Of a stretch of DNA of 64,000 bases, positions 1-9,400 are shown piece after piece. The position numbers were made by a program, and so were the translations under genes. The notes under the pieces are model-generated. The model worked only from the letters and a program-made list of their open reading frames with translations, did no database searches and was not told where the DNA came from. Source of the DNA: Collinsella sp. Its GTDB lineage: Bacteria; Actinomycetota; Coriobacteriia; Coriobacteriales; Coriobacteriaceae. Numbering within the stretch: position 1 is the first letter of the stretch; the number at the start of each line of letters is the position of its first letter. The stretch spans positions 1,298 to 65,297 of the forward strand of contig DBGEDL010000056.1 in assembly GCA_048375035.1 (NCBI GenBank), in the 5' to 3' direction.

Positions 1-915
1 GATGTCGGCGATCTCCTTGACCTTGCCCTCTTTGGAGAGCTTGACGATGCGCTCGATGATGACATCGGTCTTGGTGGTGTAGGGGATTTCGTACACCTCG
101 ATGATGCGCTCTTCGGGAATCCAGCGCCAGCGGGAGCGGATCTGGAAGCTGCCAAGGCCGGTCTCGATAATCTTTTCCATCTCCTCGCGGCGGTAGATAA
201 TCTCGCCGCCGGTCGAGAAGTCGGGCATGGGCATGTACTCGAGCAGGTCGCAGTCGGGGTCCTGCAGGTAGTGCATTGTGGCAGTGCAGACCTCGTTGAG
301 GTTGAAGCCGCAGATGTCGGACGCCATAGCGACGCCGATGCCCTTGTTGGCCGAGACGAGGATGTTGGGGAACGTGGTGGGCAGCAGGCGCGGCTCCTTC
401 ATGGCGCCGTCGTAGCTGTCGACGAAGTCGACCGGGTCCTTGTCGATGTCCTTGAAGATCTCGGCACTGATGGGGGAGAGCTTGGCCTCGGTATAACGTG
501 AGGCGGCGTAGCTCAGGTCGCCCGAATAGTACTTGCCAAAGTTGCCCTTCGACTCTACGAAGGGGGCAAGCAGTGCCTCGTTGCCGGTGGCTAGGCGCAC
601 CATCGTCTCGTAGATCGCGGCATCGCCGTGCGGGTTGAGCTTCATGGTCTGGCCCACGATGTTGGCGCTCTTCTGGCGCTCGCCCTTGAGCAGGCCCATC
701 TTGTACATGGTGTAGAGCAACTTGCGGTGCGAGGGCTTAAAGCCGTCGATCTCGGGGAACGCACGCGAGACATTGACGCTCATAGCGTAGGGCATGTAGT
801 TGACCTCGAGCGTCTGCGTGATCGGCTGGTCGGTGACCTCGGAGTGCAGGCCGATGACGTTCTCGGCGTTGACCTGCTTTTTCTTGGGCTGGTTCTTCGT
901 CTTCTTCTTTGCCAC
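1..915 (-). CDS. Type IIA DNA topoisomerase subunit A (GyrA/ParC family), 5' part only; gene runs off the window start
   Basis: Not in the ORF track (edge-truncated). The minus frame is open from GTG at 915 (AAGAGGAA about 7 nt upstream) to position 1. Hand translation: VAKKKTKNQPKKKQVNAENV..NYMPYAMSVNVSRAFPEIDGFKPSHRKLLYTMYKMG..KLNPHGDAAIYETMVRL..LSYAASRYTEAKL (active-site Tyr block). It lies 46 nt downstream of the subunit B gene. Confidence 0.85.
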   Translation of the reverse strand, partial: MAKKKTKNQPKKKQVNAENVIGLHSEVTDQPITQTLEVNYMPYAMSVNVSRAFPEIDGFKPSHRKLLYTMYKMGLLKGERQKSANIVGQTMKLNPHGDAAIYETMVRLATGNEALLAPFVESKGNFGKYYSGDLSYAASRYTEAKLSPISAEIFKDIDKDPVDFVDSYDGAMKEPRLLPTTFPNILVSANKGIGVAMASDICGFNLNEVCTATMHYLQDPDCDLLEYMPMPDFSTGGEIIYRREEMEKIIETGLGSFQIRSRWRWIPEERIIEVYEIPYTTKTDVIIERIVKLSKEGKVKEIADI

Positions 916-960
916 GATTTCCTCTTGAACTTGTTATGGGCCGTCGTTATCGATTTGCTG

Positions 961-2958
961 CTATTGCAAGTCCAGCTGGTCCAGGTATTCCTTGCCGTGC
1001 TCGGAGATATGGCGCTTGCGGCCTGCCTCGTCATTGCCCAGCAAAAGGTTGAACATGGTCTCCATCTTGGTGACGTCCTCGGGCTCCACCTTGATCAGAC
1101 GACGCGTCTCGGGGTTCATGGTGGTGAGCCACATCATGTCCGGATCGTTCTCACCAAGACCCTTGGAGCGGTTGATGGAGCACTTCTGGTCGCCAATCTC
1201 CTTGAGGATCCCGTTCTTCTCGAGCTCGGTGTAGGCAAAGTAGGTCTTTTCTTTGCAGTTGATCTCGTAGAGCGGCGACTCGGCGATATACACGTAGCCT
1301 TCGTCGATAAGCGTGGGCACCAGGCGATAGAGCATGGTGAGCACGAGCGTGCGGATGTGATAACCGTCGACATCGGCGTCCGTACAGATGATGACCTTGT
1401 TCCAGTTGAGGTTGTCCAGGTCAAAGGCACCGAGGTTCTTGATCCGCTTGTCCTTGATCTCCACACCGCAGCCCAGCACGCGCATGAGGTCCATGATGAT
1501 GTCGGACTTAAAGATGCGCGGATAGTCCTCTTTCAGGCAGTTGAGGATCTTGCCGCGGACGGGCATAACGCCCTGGAACTCGGCATCGCGCGAGGTGCGA
1601 ATGGCGCCTGCTGCCGAGTCGCCCTCTACGATGTAGATCTCGCGACGGCTCTTGTCCTTGGAGCGGCAGTCGATGAACTTCTGCACGCGGTTGGCCATGT
1701 CGGTCTTCTGCTGCAGGTTGGTCTTGATACTCTGGCGCGTCTTCTCGGCGTTCTCGCGCGAGCGCTTGTTGATGAGCACCTGCTCCATGATCTTATTGGC
1801 GGCGTCCTTGTTCTCGATCAAGTAGGTCGAGAGGCGCTCCTTAAAGAAGGCAGTCATGGCTTGCTGGATAAAGCGGTTGTTGATGGCCTTCTTAGTCTGG
1901 TTTTCGTAGGACGTCTGGGTGGAGAAGCAGTTAGTCACCAGAACCAGGCAGTCCTGGACGTCCTGCCATTTGATGCCGCTCTCGTTTTTGTTGTACTTGC
2001 CCTGTTGCTTAATGTAAGCATCGATGGCGCTGGTCAGAGCGCTACGGGCCGCCTTCTCGGGCGAGCCGCCGTTCTCGAGCCACGATGAGTTGTGGTAGTA
2101 CTCCTGCATCATGAAAGTGCGCGAGAAGCACATGCAAGCAGTGATTTTTACGTTGTAGTCGGGCAGGTCCTCGCGGTCGCGACCGCGACGGTCGGCCTCG
2201 ATAAAGAAGGGCTCGGTGAGGTAGTCGGTACCGACCTTCTCGAGTACGTAGTCTTCGATGCCCTTGGGATAGCAAAAGTCCTCTTCGGAAAACTCGCCGT
2301 CGTCGCCCTCGATGCGCAGGCGGAAGGTCACGTTGGCGTTGACCACGGCCTGGCGGCGCATGGTCTCGCGATACCAATCGTGGGGGATGCTGATGGAGGT
2401 AAAGACCTCAAGATCGGGGCGCCACTTGATGGTGGTGCCGGTACGGTCCTCGTCGCTGGGCTCAATCTCGAGTGCCTTCTTTTTGGCGCCGACGACCTTG
2501 CCCTTCTTAAAGTGCAGGGAGTACTTGTTGCCGTCACGCCAAACCGTGACGTCCATGTATTCGGAGGCGTACTGGGTCGCGCAGGAGCCCAGGCCGTTGG
2601 TACCGAGCGAGAAGTCGTAGTCGCCGCCCTGGTTGTTGTTGTACTTGCCGCCGGCGTAGAGCTCGCAAAAGACGAGCTCCCAGTTAAAGCGCTTCTCGGA
2701 AGGGTTCCAGTCGAGCGGGCAGCCGCGGCCGTTGTCCTCTACCTGAATGGAGCCATCGCGAAAGGCGGTAAGGGTGATGAGCTTGCCGTAGCCCTGGCGC
2801 GCCTCGTCAACGGCGTTGGACAGGATCTCGAAGGCGGCATGCGCGCAGCCGTCGAGCCCGTCCGAGCCAAAGATGACGGCGGGGCGCAGGCGTACGCGCT
2901 CCTCGTCCTTGAGCTGACGAATACTGTCGTTACCATAGTTTGCGGTGTTTTTTGCCAT
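961..2958 (-). CDS. Type IIA DNA topoisomerase subunit B (GyrB/ParE family)
   Basis: ORF 961..3141 trimmed to ATG 2958 (MAKNTANYGNDSIRQLKDEERVRLRPAVIFG). GHKL ATPase N-terminus and TOPRIM motifs are present (YIVEGDSAAG, ICTDADVDGYHIRTL). Confidence 0.9.
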   Translation of the reverse strand: MAKNTANYGNDSIRQLKDEERVRLRPAVIFGSDGLDGCAHAAFEILSNAVDEARQGYGKLITLTAFRDGSIQVEDNGRGCPLDWNPSEKRFNWELVFCELYAGGKYNNNQGGDYDFSLGTNGLGSCATQYASEYMDVTVWRDGNKYSLHFKKGKVVGAKKKALEIEPSDEDRTGTTIKWRPDLEVFTSISIPHDWYRETMRRQAVVNANVTFRLRIEGDDGEFSEEDFCYPKGIEDYVLEKVGTDYLTEPFFIEADRRGRDREDLPDYNVKITACMCFSRTFMMQEYYHNSSWLENGGSPEKAARSALTSAIDAYIKQQGKYNKNESGIKWQDVQDCLVLVTNCFSTQTSYENQTKKAINNRFIQQAMTAFFKERLSTYLIENKDAANKIMEQVLINKRSRENAEKTRQSIKTNLQQKTDMANRVQKFIDCRSKDKSRREIYIVEGDSAAGAIRTSRDAEFQGVMPVRGKILNCLKEDYPRIFKSDIIMDLMRVLGCGVEIKDKRIKNLGAFDLDNLNWNKVIICTDADVDGYHIRTLVLTMLYRLVPTLIDEGYVYIAESPLYEINCKEKTYFAYTELEKNGILKEIGDQKCSINRSKGLGENDPDMMWLTTMNPETRRLIKVEPEDVTKMETMFNLLLGNDEAGRKRHISEHGKEYLDQLDLQ

Positions 2959-3143
2959 ACTCGCTCTCTCGGTGCTCCTTTGCTGCGTTTTAGTCATATA
3001 GATAGTCAAGGTAGCATAGCCCAGCCCATAGGCGATTCCAACTAACACGAAATCCATCGAACAACCGTTCGGAGTTCGATGGGGATTCCTTTTCCCGGAC
3101 AAAACCACGTCGGTTCTGTCCGAATGATCGGTACATAGCAAAG

Positions 3144-3170
3144 CCCCGCGCTCATTGGTGGAACGCGGGG
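3144..3170 (-). terminator. Weak hairpin after the DUF3825-like gene
   Basis: CCCCGCG-N13-CGCGGGG, followed on the minus strand only by CTTT. Confidence 0.35.
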
Positions 3171-3187
3171 CAAGAGAGCCGGATTGT

Positions 3188-5008
3188 TTAGCAGCCTGTA
3201 ACTTGCAGCGAAGTATTGAGCCAGTCGCTGTCCGGGCGGCTGATCAGGCGCGCGTTGTTATAGGCCATCTTCATGGTCAGAATTGTCTGGCCTATATAGG
3301 CGCCGGACTCCATGAGCTCGACCACCAGGGCGACATCGGGCCGGTCGTTTTCGGTCAGGTCGAGCGGCAGCAGCAGGCTCATGGTGTTCTTGGTGGGGTA
3401 GAACGCCGGAACGGCGGTCTTGAAGTTCCACTCGACACGCTTCTGGGCGAGCTCAATGGCATCGTCGAGTCTGTTGATCAGACGACGCTTCACCTTGGCG
3501 TTGTCCTCAACGGCTTCGCGCAGTTCATCATAGGCGGCCTTCTTTGACGCATCGTCATCTGCGCTAACCGCTCTCGACAGTGCTTCGAGCGCATCGCTGC
3601 TTCCGCGCAACTCCTCGGCAAGAAACGCCTCGGGCAGGCGGTCGATGTTGTCGAGCAGGATATGGTCAACGTCGCGCTGGAGCGTTCTGTTGCCGTCAAA
3701 GAGCAGGTCTTCCTTCTTTTCAAAATAGGATGCGCGCTGCGGAAGCGGGTCAAACGACGCAACGAGTTTCTTTCCCCACTGTTTTGAACCTGCTTTGCAA
3801 AAGGCCTCGAAGCGCCATGGACATCCGCTGCTCGATGGCGAAAAGCAGGCATAAATGGCCTCGTAGGTGGGGTCGACGAGTCCGGTGTTAAATGCCGCGA
3901 TTCCCTTATCGATGTCCTCGAGAACCTTGTTTTCGGACTGAAGGCGATAGAAGGTGTACATGAGGTAGCTGCGCAGAATCGAATAGTCCTTGGAGTCCTC
4001 GTCCTGGTCAAAGCCCCATTTTTCGTCCAGCGCGTAATTCGCAAGACTCTCGATCATGCTATCGATGTTGCCCAGATATGCCCAGTCGGTGAGCGCATGG
4101 CCGGCACGCACCTTTTGGAAAGCGAAGTTATCGACATAGCAGACACGCCAAGGCAGCGCACCCGGGCGATCCATCTTACGGTCGCGCGTTATCGACACCT
4201 CGACCGGAGTTTCCCCGTCGTTTCGAAGAACGCTGATCGGAAAGATAACCTTGCCCTCGTAGAAGCGGATGATTCGGTTGGAGAAGGCGAATTTCCAATC
4301 ACGATCTAAAAGAGCCGCGACGTCGATGTCGCGCTTTGCGTACTCGATGATCGTGTCGGTCCATCGCTGCGAAGTCCATGCGAACGATGAGAGTGCCTCG
4401 CCAAGGGATGCAAATTCCTCGACGAGGTCTTGCGGAACGGGGCCCTCGAGATAGTCCTCGGTCTCCTGCATGCGCTCGAGATTGCGCTCTAGGAGCGGGG
4501 GCAGTGAGGTCGCAGCGGGGCGAGCACCGGTATCGGCGTTCGTGCTTGCAATGGGTTGCGTATGGGTGTCGATGCTCGGGGCTTTGGTCTCATAGTCTCG
4601 GCGCAGCTTCATGCGATCGGCAATGGGGACATACGAGAGAAACCAGGGGAGGCCGTCCTGTGCATTTTCGGCAATCGACAGTTCAACGGCCGATCCATTT
4701 GCAGTCTCCAGGTGTGTGGCAAAGCTGACCGTTTTGGGGTCTCGCATATAAAGCGCGCCCTGGGCGTACGCTTCTTTCCAATCGGCGCAAAGCAGCGCCA
4801 TGGCATCAAGCCCCGGCCCATAGAGGCTCGAAAGCCTGGATTTAGAGGCATACGGAATCGATGCAAAGCTCGTCAGGTCGTCGCCAAAGGAATCAATGAG
4901 CTCGGCGGAGACGGGGGAAGCTTTAAACTTGGGCGAATCGGCAGCCCTGGCGATAACCAGACGCTCCTCCTCGCTCAGGCTGTTCTGTCCATACTTTGCT
5001 TCTTCCAT
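3188..5008 (-). CDS. DUF3825-like protein with a duplicated N-terminal domain of unknown function
   Basis: ORF 3188..5023 is the longest form (TTG). ATG 5008 is preferred because GGAGGAG lies 6 nt upstream. The C-terminal part (DWAYLG..ILRSYLMYTFYRL..FNTGL..WNFKTAVPAFYP..SLLLPL..LTMKMAYNNARLI) matches my recollection of the DUF3825 family. Confidence 0.7.
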   Translation of the reverse strand: MEEAKYGQNSLSEEERLVIARAADSPKFKASPVSAELIDSFGDDLTSFASIPYASKSRLSSLYGPGLDAMALLCADWKEAYAQGALYMRDPKTVSFATHLETANGSAVELSIAENAQDGLPWFLSYVPIADRMKLRRDYETKAPSIDTHTQPIASTNADTGARPAATSLPPLLERNLERMQETEDYLEGPVPQDLVEEFASLGEALSSFAWTSQRWTDTIIEYAKRDIDVAALLDRDWKFAFSNRIIRFYEGKVIFPISVLRNDGETPVEVSITRDRKMDRPGALPWRVCYVDNFAFQKVRAGHALTDWAYLGNIDSMIESLANYALDEKWGFDQDEDSKDYSILRSYLMYTFYRLQSENKVLEDIDKGIAAFNTGLVDPTYEAIYACFSPSSSGCPWRFEAFCKAGSKQWGKKLVASFDPLPQRASYFEKKEDLLFDGNRTLQRDVDHILLDNIDRLPEAFLAEELRGSSDALEALSRAVSADDDASKKAAYDELREAVEDNAKVKRRLINRLDDAIELAQKRVEWNFKTAVPAFYPTKNTMSLLLPLDLTENDRPDVALVVELMESGAYIGQTILTMKMAYNNARLISRPDSDWLNTSLQVTGC

Positions 5009-5352
5009 ATTTGTCTCCTCCAAATAATTGCTTGGTTCGGGCGAGCGGCTTGGATGTCAACGACGACTTGTGCCCGCTGTCCAAAATTGTTGAGGACATC
5101 ATACGCTCTGATAGGTACCTTCGGCACTTAGGCTTTGCGCCCGGATATTGGGACATGCGTCTCGTTTTGTGGGCCGAGGGTATGCGAACTGGGGCCCTTT
5201 TGGTCTGAAAGGGGGTCTAACGGGGCGTTATTTGGGCCACGGGTCACTTCGCCGGCGCCGTGTTTCGTCATACGCTCATTGTGGAAGCCGATGCCACGGG
5301 GCGACGAAGGCCTCGGGCAACGGATGAGCTGCAAGCGAAAGGAGCGGTGAGG

Positions 5353-6369
5353 ATGATGAAGCCCATGACGAAGAAGCTGCTGTTAGGAATTCCCACCGTG
5401 GCGCTTTCGGCTGTGTTGGCGTGTACGCTTGCTGGCTGCAGCGGTAATGCGCCGAGTGGCTCGGGCGGGAGCGCACCTGTGCAGGAGAAGTCCAAGAAGG
5501 CCAAGGCCTATGATTCGCAGACGGTCGAGGTAGCAGGCATTACCTATGAGTCTGTGGCTCACGGTACGTTCTATCGCGGCGATGCCAAGCTGCAGGACGA
5601 CTTTTACCTGCACATCAAGATTACCAACAACAACACAAAGAACAGGACGTTCAGTTCCTTTAACGTGCATGCTGCCCAGGGCGATCTTGAGGCAGGCGAC
5701 CCGTTGTTTACTTCTGGCAAGGCGGCCGTGCTCGACTACGTTGCAAGCGAGGCTCCCGATGAGCTGCACGAGGGCATCGACCTTTCCGAGAGGCCAGATA
5801 TCGGCCCGGGCGAGACCGTTGAGTACGTGTATTTCTGGGCGCCCAAGACGGCGTACTACGGGCCCATCACTGTCGAGTTCGTAGACGCTTATGCCCCCGC
5901 CAAGAATCATGAGGCCATGCACTTTGACACCACGGGATGCGAGACCAAGGAGTTCAAGGCGGCCGGCGGTGTGGCCGATTCTGGTGATGCGGCCAATATG
6001 ACCGGCATCGATTGCGCATCGTACAGTATCGAGGCCGCCGATGGGTACACGCTGGATTCGTCCAACGAAGAGCACGAAAAGGCAGACTTCTTCCACGACG
6101 AGACTGGAGGACGCCTGAACATCAGCATCTTCCCGCGCTCGCCGGAGGAAGAGGTTGCAAGCCTAGAGCAGGTCTACGAAGGCAAGGAGACAACAACCGA
6201 CCAGGTCGAGTACAACGGCATAACGTGGCTGCGCTTAACCGGTCCCGACAACGGCCATACACTGTTTGCGACGGCTCCCGCAACGGGTGAAACCGTCCGC
6301 GTGTCGATCGGCTGGAAGATCGATTGGGATGCCGCCGTGCCCATGATGGAGGCGCTAAAGCTCAAGTAG
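5353..6369 (+). CDS. Lipoprotein, function unknown
   Basis: ORF 5260..6369 trimmed to ATG 5353 (AAGGAGCGGTGAGG upstream). Lipobox signal MMKPMTKKLLLGIPTVALSAVLACTLAGC. Confidence 0.75.
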   Translation: MMKPMTKKLLLGIPTVALSAVLACTLAGCSGNAPSGSGGSAPVQEKSKKAKAYDSQTVEVAGITYESVAHGTFYRGDAKLQDDFYLHIKITNNNTKNRTFSSFNVHAAQGDLEAGDPLFTSGKAAVLDYVASEAPDELHEGIDLSERPDIGPGETVEYVYFWAPKTAYYGPITVEFVDAYAPAKNHEAMHFDTTGCETKEFKAAGGVADSGDAANMTGIDCASYSIEAADGYTLDSSNEEHEKADFFHDETGGRLNISIFPRSPEEEVASLEQVYEGKETTTDQVEYNGITWLRLTGPDNGHTLFATAPATGETVRVSIGWKIDWDAAVPMMEALKLK

Positions 6370-6397
6370 CGCTGTGATTCTCACGTCAGGCGACTCA

Positions 6398-6432
6398 GGG
6401 CTGGCTCCGAGTTATCGGGGCCAGCCCCTTTT
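6398..6432 (+). terminator. Rho-independent terminator
   Basis: GGGCTGGC-loop-GCCAGCCC followed by CTTTT. Confidence 0.7.
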
Positions 6433-6479
6433 GGTGTTCGATGAGCCGAGTCGGCGTCTCTCACAAAAGTAACTAGGAG

Positions 6480-9400
6480 CTAGCGAGGCTTATCAGAATT
6501 GACCTCATCGGCGGTGTTTTTTTCGAGCGCCGTGCGGCGGGCGCTGTAGGCGACGAGGCCGGCGCCTGCTGCGGCGAGTGCTGCTGCGGCTGCCGTAAGG
6601 GGAGCGTTGACATCGCCCGTGCCCGCAAGCGCGCCCGCTTTTCCGGGGCGCTTGTTATTGCCGTGATCCTTGCCGCTGCCAGAGCCACTGCCGCTACCGG
6701 AGCTGCTTCCGCCGGAGCCGCCACTGCCGTCCGCCGTCATCGGTGCATCGTGAAGCCCCGTCGTATCCGCGTTGTCGCATACGCCGACCTGAACTTCTGA
6801 GCGTTCGCATGCCGCGTCGGGCACATGAAGCTCGTGCAGTACGGCACCCAGCGCCGAGTTTGCGCCCGGTCGAATTTCCTCGAGCGTTACGGGATCGAGC
6901 GCCACCAGATTACGCGCCTTCGCATACAGCGTTACACGTTTGCCCACCTCGTCGCTCCAACTCTCGGGGATGGCGAAGCTCATGCGGAACTGTGCCGTGC
7001 AACCCGGTGCCAGCACGGCGTTGCCACTGTCGGCTACCAGCGGGTGCGTTGCAAAATGTGCGCCCAGCGTCTCGAGCGCGTACCTCACGTGCGTCATGTC
7101 GTTGGCCGAAGCGTCCTCGGCAAGCTCTGAATCGTAGATCGATGCCATGCGTGTGTTCGCTCCGAACCCGATGGATGCGCTGGAGAACGGCTGGCTGGAG
7201 CCCTCTCGGTACAGATCGATCGTGCCGGCGGTCAGCAAGGTATTGCCGTCGTTTCGCACCGTGACCATGAAGGATTCGCCTGCTGCTCCGGGCACCACCG
7301 CGCCCGAGGTAGCGACTGCGCCCGTCGGAGTGGCACACGCCACCAAGGGCACTTCGATGCCGTGTAGTTCTGCCTCGCTCTTCTCCGCGCTCACAATGTG
7401 CGTGGCGAGCGCGGAGAGCATGCTCCCCGACGTCAAAAATGTCGTTATCTGATCGACGGGATGGTCCAGCTCGCACATCACGAACGGCTTCGTGAACAGA
7501 TCGCCTGCCAAGGTGCTGGCGAAGATGCGGAAGTGCTTGCCCATCACTGCTACCGGGTTGCCTTCTTCGTCGTAGGTTTGTCCCACCTTGCCATCGGTGT
7601 TCTCTACATAGAGCACGCACCTGCCGTTGTTGCTTACGCTGAACGATGCCGGGCCGCAGCCTGCGGCACCCACGGGCTGCGTTGCAAATACCGATGCGCC
7701 TCGCGTCCAAGTAATATGCTGCAGTTGCTCGTTGACGGTAGCCAAAAAGCCCGTGTGCTGCGGCCACGGCACCGCGTGGGGTACTGTGGCATCTGGCGAC
7801 ATAACGCCCCAGCCCGCAATGGACTGGCCGATCACGGCGTACGATGCACAGCCACAACCGCCTGCGGTCTCGTATGCAACGGGCACCACCATTTTGCCGT
7901 TGATATTCTCGGGCGCGCCGAGCTCGATGCTCGACGGTGCCTGCGGAAAGCGGAGAACTTGGCGGAACGTCAGGCTGTCGCCCGAAACGTCCGACCACAG
8001 GGTAAAGCACTCCAGCGCAACCTCGGCCTCGCTGCCGAGCGCCTTTTCTGCGGTGGTTCCGCGGCGGTGGAGGTAGGCGCCCGACAGGCGCCCGTTGACA
8101 AGTGTCTTGCCCACCGTGATGCGTGGGCACTGCAGGCAATGGTAGCCATCCTCCTGAAGGCGGCCGCGCGAGATGCTGCGCCACGACGTGTGCGATACCA
8201 CGCGAACTCCGTCGTTGCTTATGCGCAGGCGCACAACGGACAGTATGCCGGCTGTGCTTGCCATATCGAAAAGGGTGTCGTCGCCGGCGGGGCGCTCGCC
8301 CGAGACCAGCAGCACGTAGGCGTCCTGGTTTCCTCTTCCGTCCGTATATTCCACTACGTCGAAGTCGTAATCGTATATGCTGTCGCGCTCCACGTCGCCC
8401 TCGCCAAACCCAAGGGGAAAGTCCACAGGCGTGGGAGCGGACCACGTTCCGTTTGCCTTTGTGTGTACCACCAGGCGCGAGCGACCATTGTCGCCGTAGC
8501 GCACCGAGGCGATACGGAACAGGCATTCTACGCCGGCAATCATTGCCAGCTTCATGTGGGCTTCGCTGAGCACGCCAGCGAACAGCACGTTGTCGCTCGA
8601 GGGCTTGATGCCGCCACGCTCGTCCTCCGACACGCCGGCAGAATCGGCGTTCGGGTCGGCAACGGTGTTCGTTGCCTGACCGATGTAGGTGTACTCATAC
8701 ATCGGCGCGGCGTTTTCGTCGTTCTCTATCAGTGCATGGACGAAATGCTCGATCTGTCCCGTGTCGTCGCTCTCCGCGTCCGCCTCGAGCTCAATGCGCG
8801 TGACTGCCCGGTCCCAATCGCGTACGGTAGGCGCGATGTTTATCGCGGCGGCTGCAACCTCGGCGCGTGCGAGCAGCTCGGCGTTGGTGACGATGGTGGC
8901 CGATGCGATAAATTGCGGCACGCCGCCCGCCTTGATGTTGCCGGGCGTGCCGAAGCGGATATCCAACGTGTAAGGCGTATCTCCACCCAATGCGAGCTCA
9001 GAGCGCTGGAGCACATACTGGTTGCCATTGTTCACCGACATATTCCACGAATCGAGGAGTGTGGGCCACGACCCTGACCAAGCCTTGGTGGTCCACTTGA
9101 ACATTACGAACTGGAGTATTACATCGACATCGACGTCTGCACCTACACGCAGTCGCGGAAGCTGGTGTCCATCTGCCTTCTCGTACCCAATGAACAGCGT
9201 GAGGGATGCGGCGCCGCGCACGGCAGACGAAGCGACGCCTGCAACGCCGGCGCCAAAGGTGACGGCAAGCCCGATCTGGATGGTGAACGAGCCCGACGTG
9301 TTTGAATAGTCGAGCGAAATGTTCTTGAAAAACGCCGCGCCGCTGCCGTGCGTGTGGGTGCCCACGGCGAGCGCTAGCTTCGCCAGCACCCAGGGGTTGA

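Noticed and set aside
628-2088. Long ORFs antisense to clearly recognisable genes. Examples: 628..2088 (+), 6910..8526 (-), 7398..9077 (+), 16763..18136 (-), 22937..25777 (-, 946 aa), 29315..30370 (-), 43450..45060 (-), 45241..46737 (-), 47356..48327 (+), 61413..62450 (+).
   Set aside because: They are Arg/Ala/Gly/His-rich low-complexity translations with no recognisable motifs. Each lies opposite a gene with strong family signatures. This is typical of stop-poor shadow frames in high-GC DNA.
5024-5352. Possible riboswitch or sRNA in the 329-bp divergent intergenic region.
   Set aside because: I recognise no conserved aptamer motifs or strong hairpins. It is most simply two divergent promoters.
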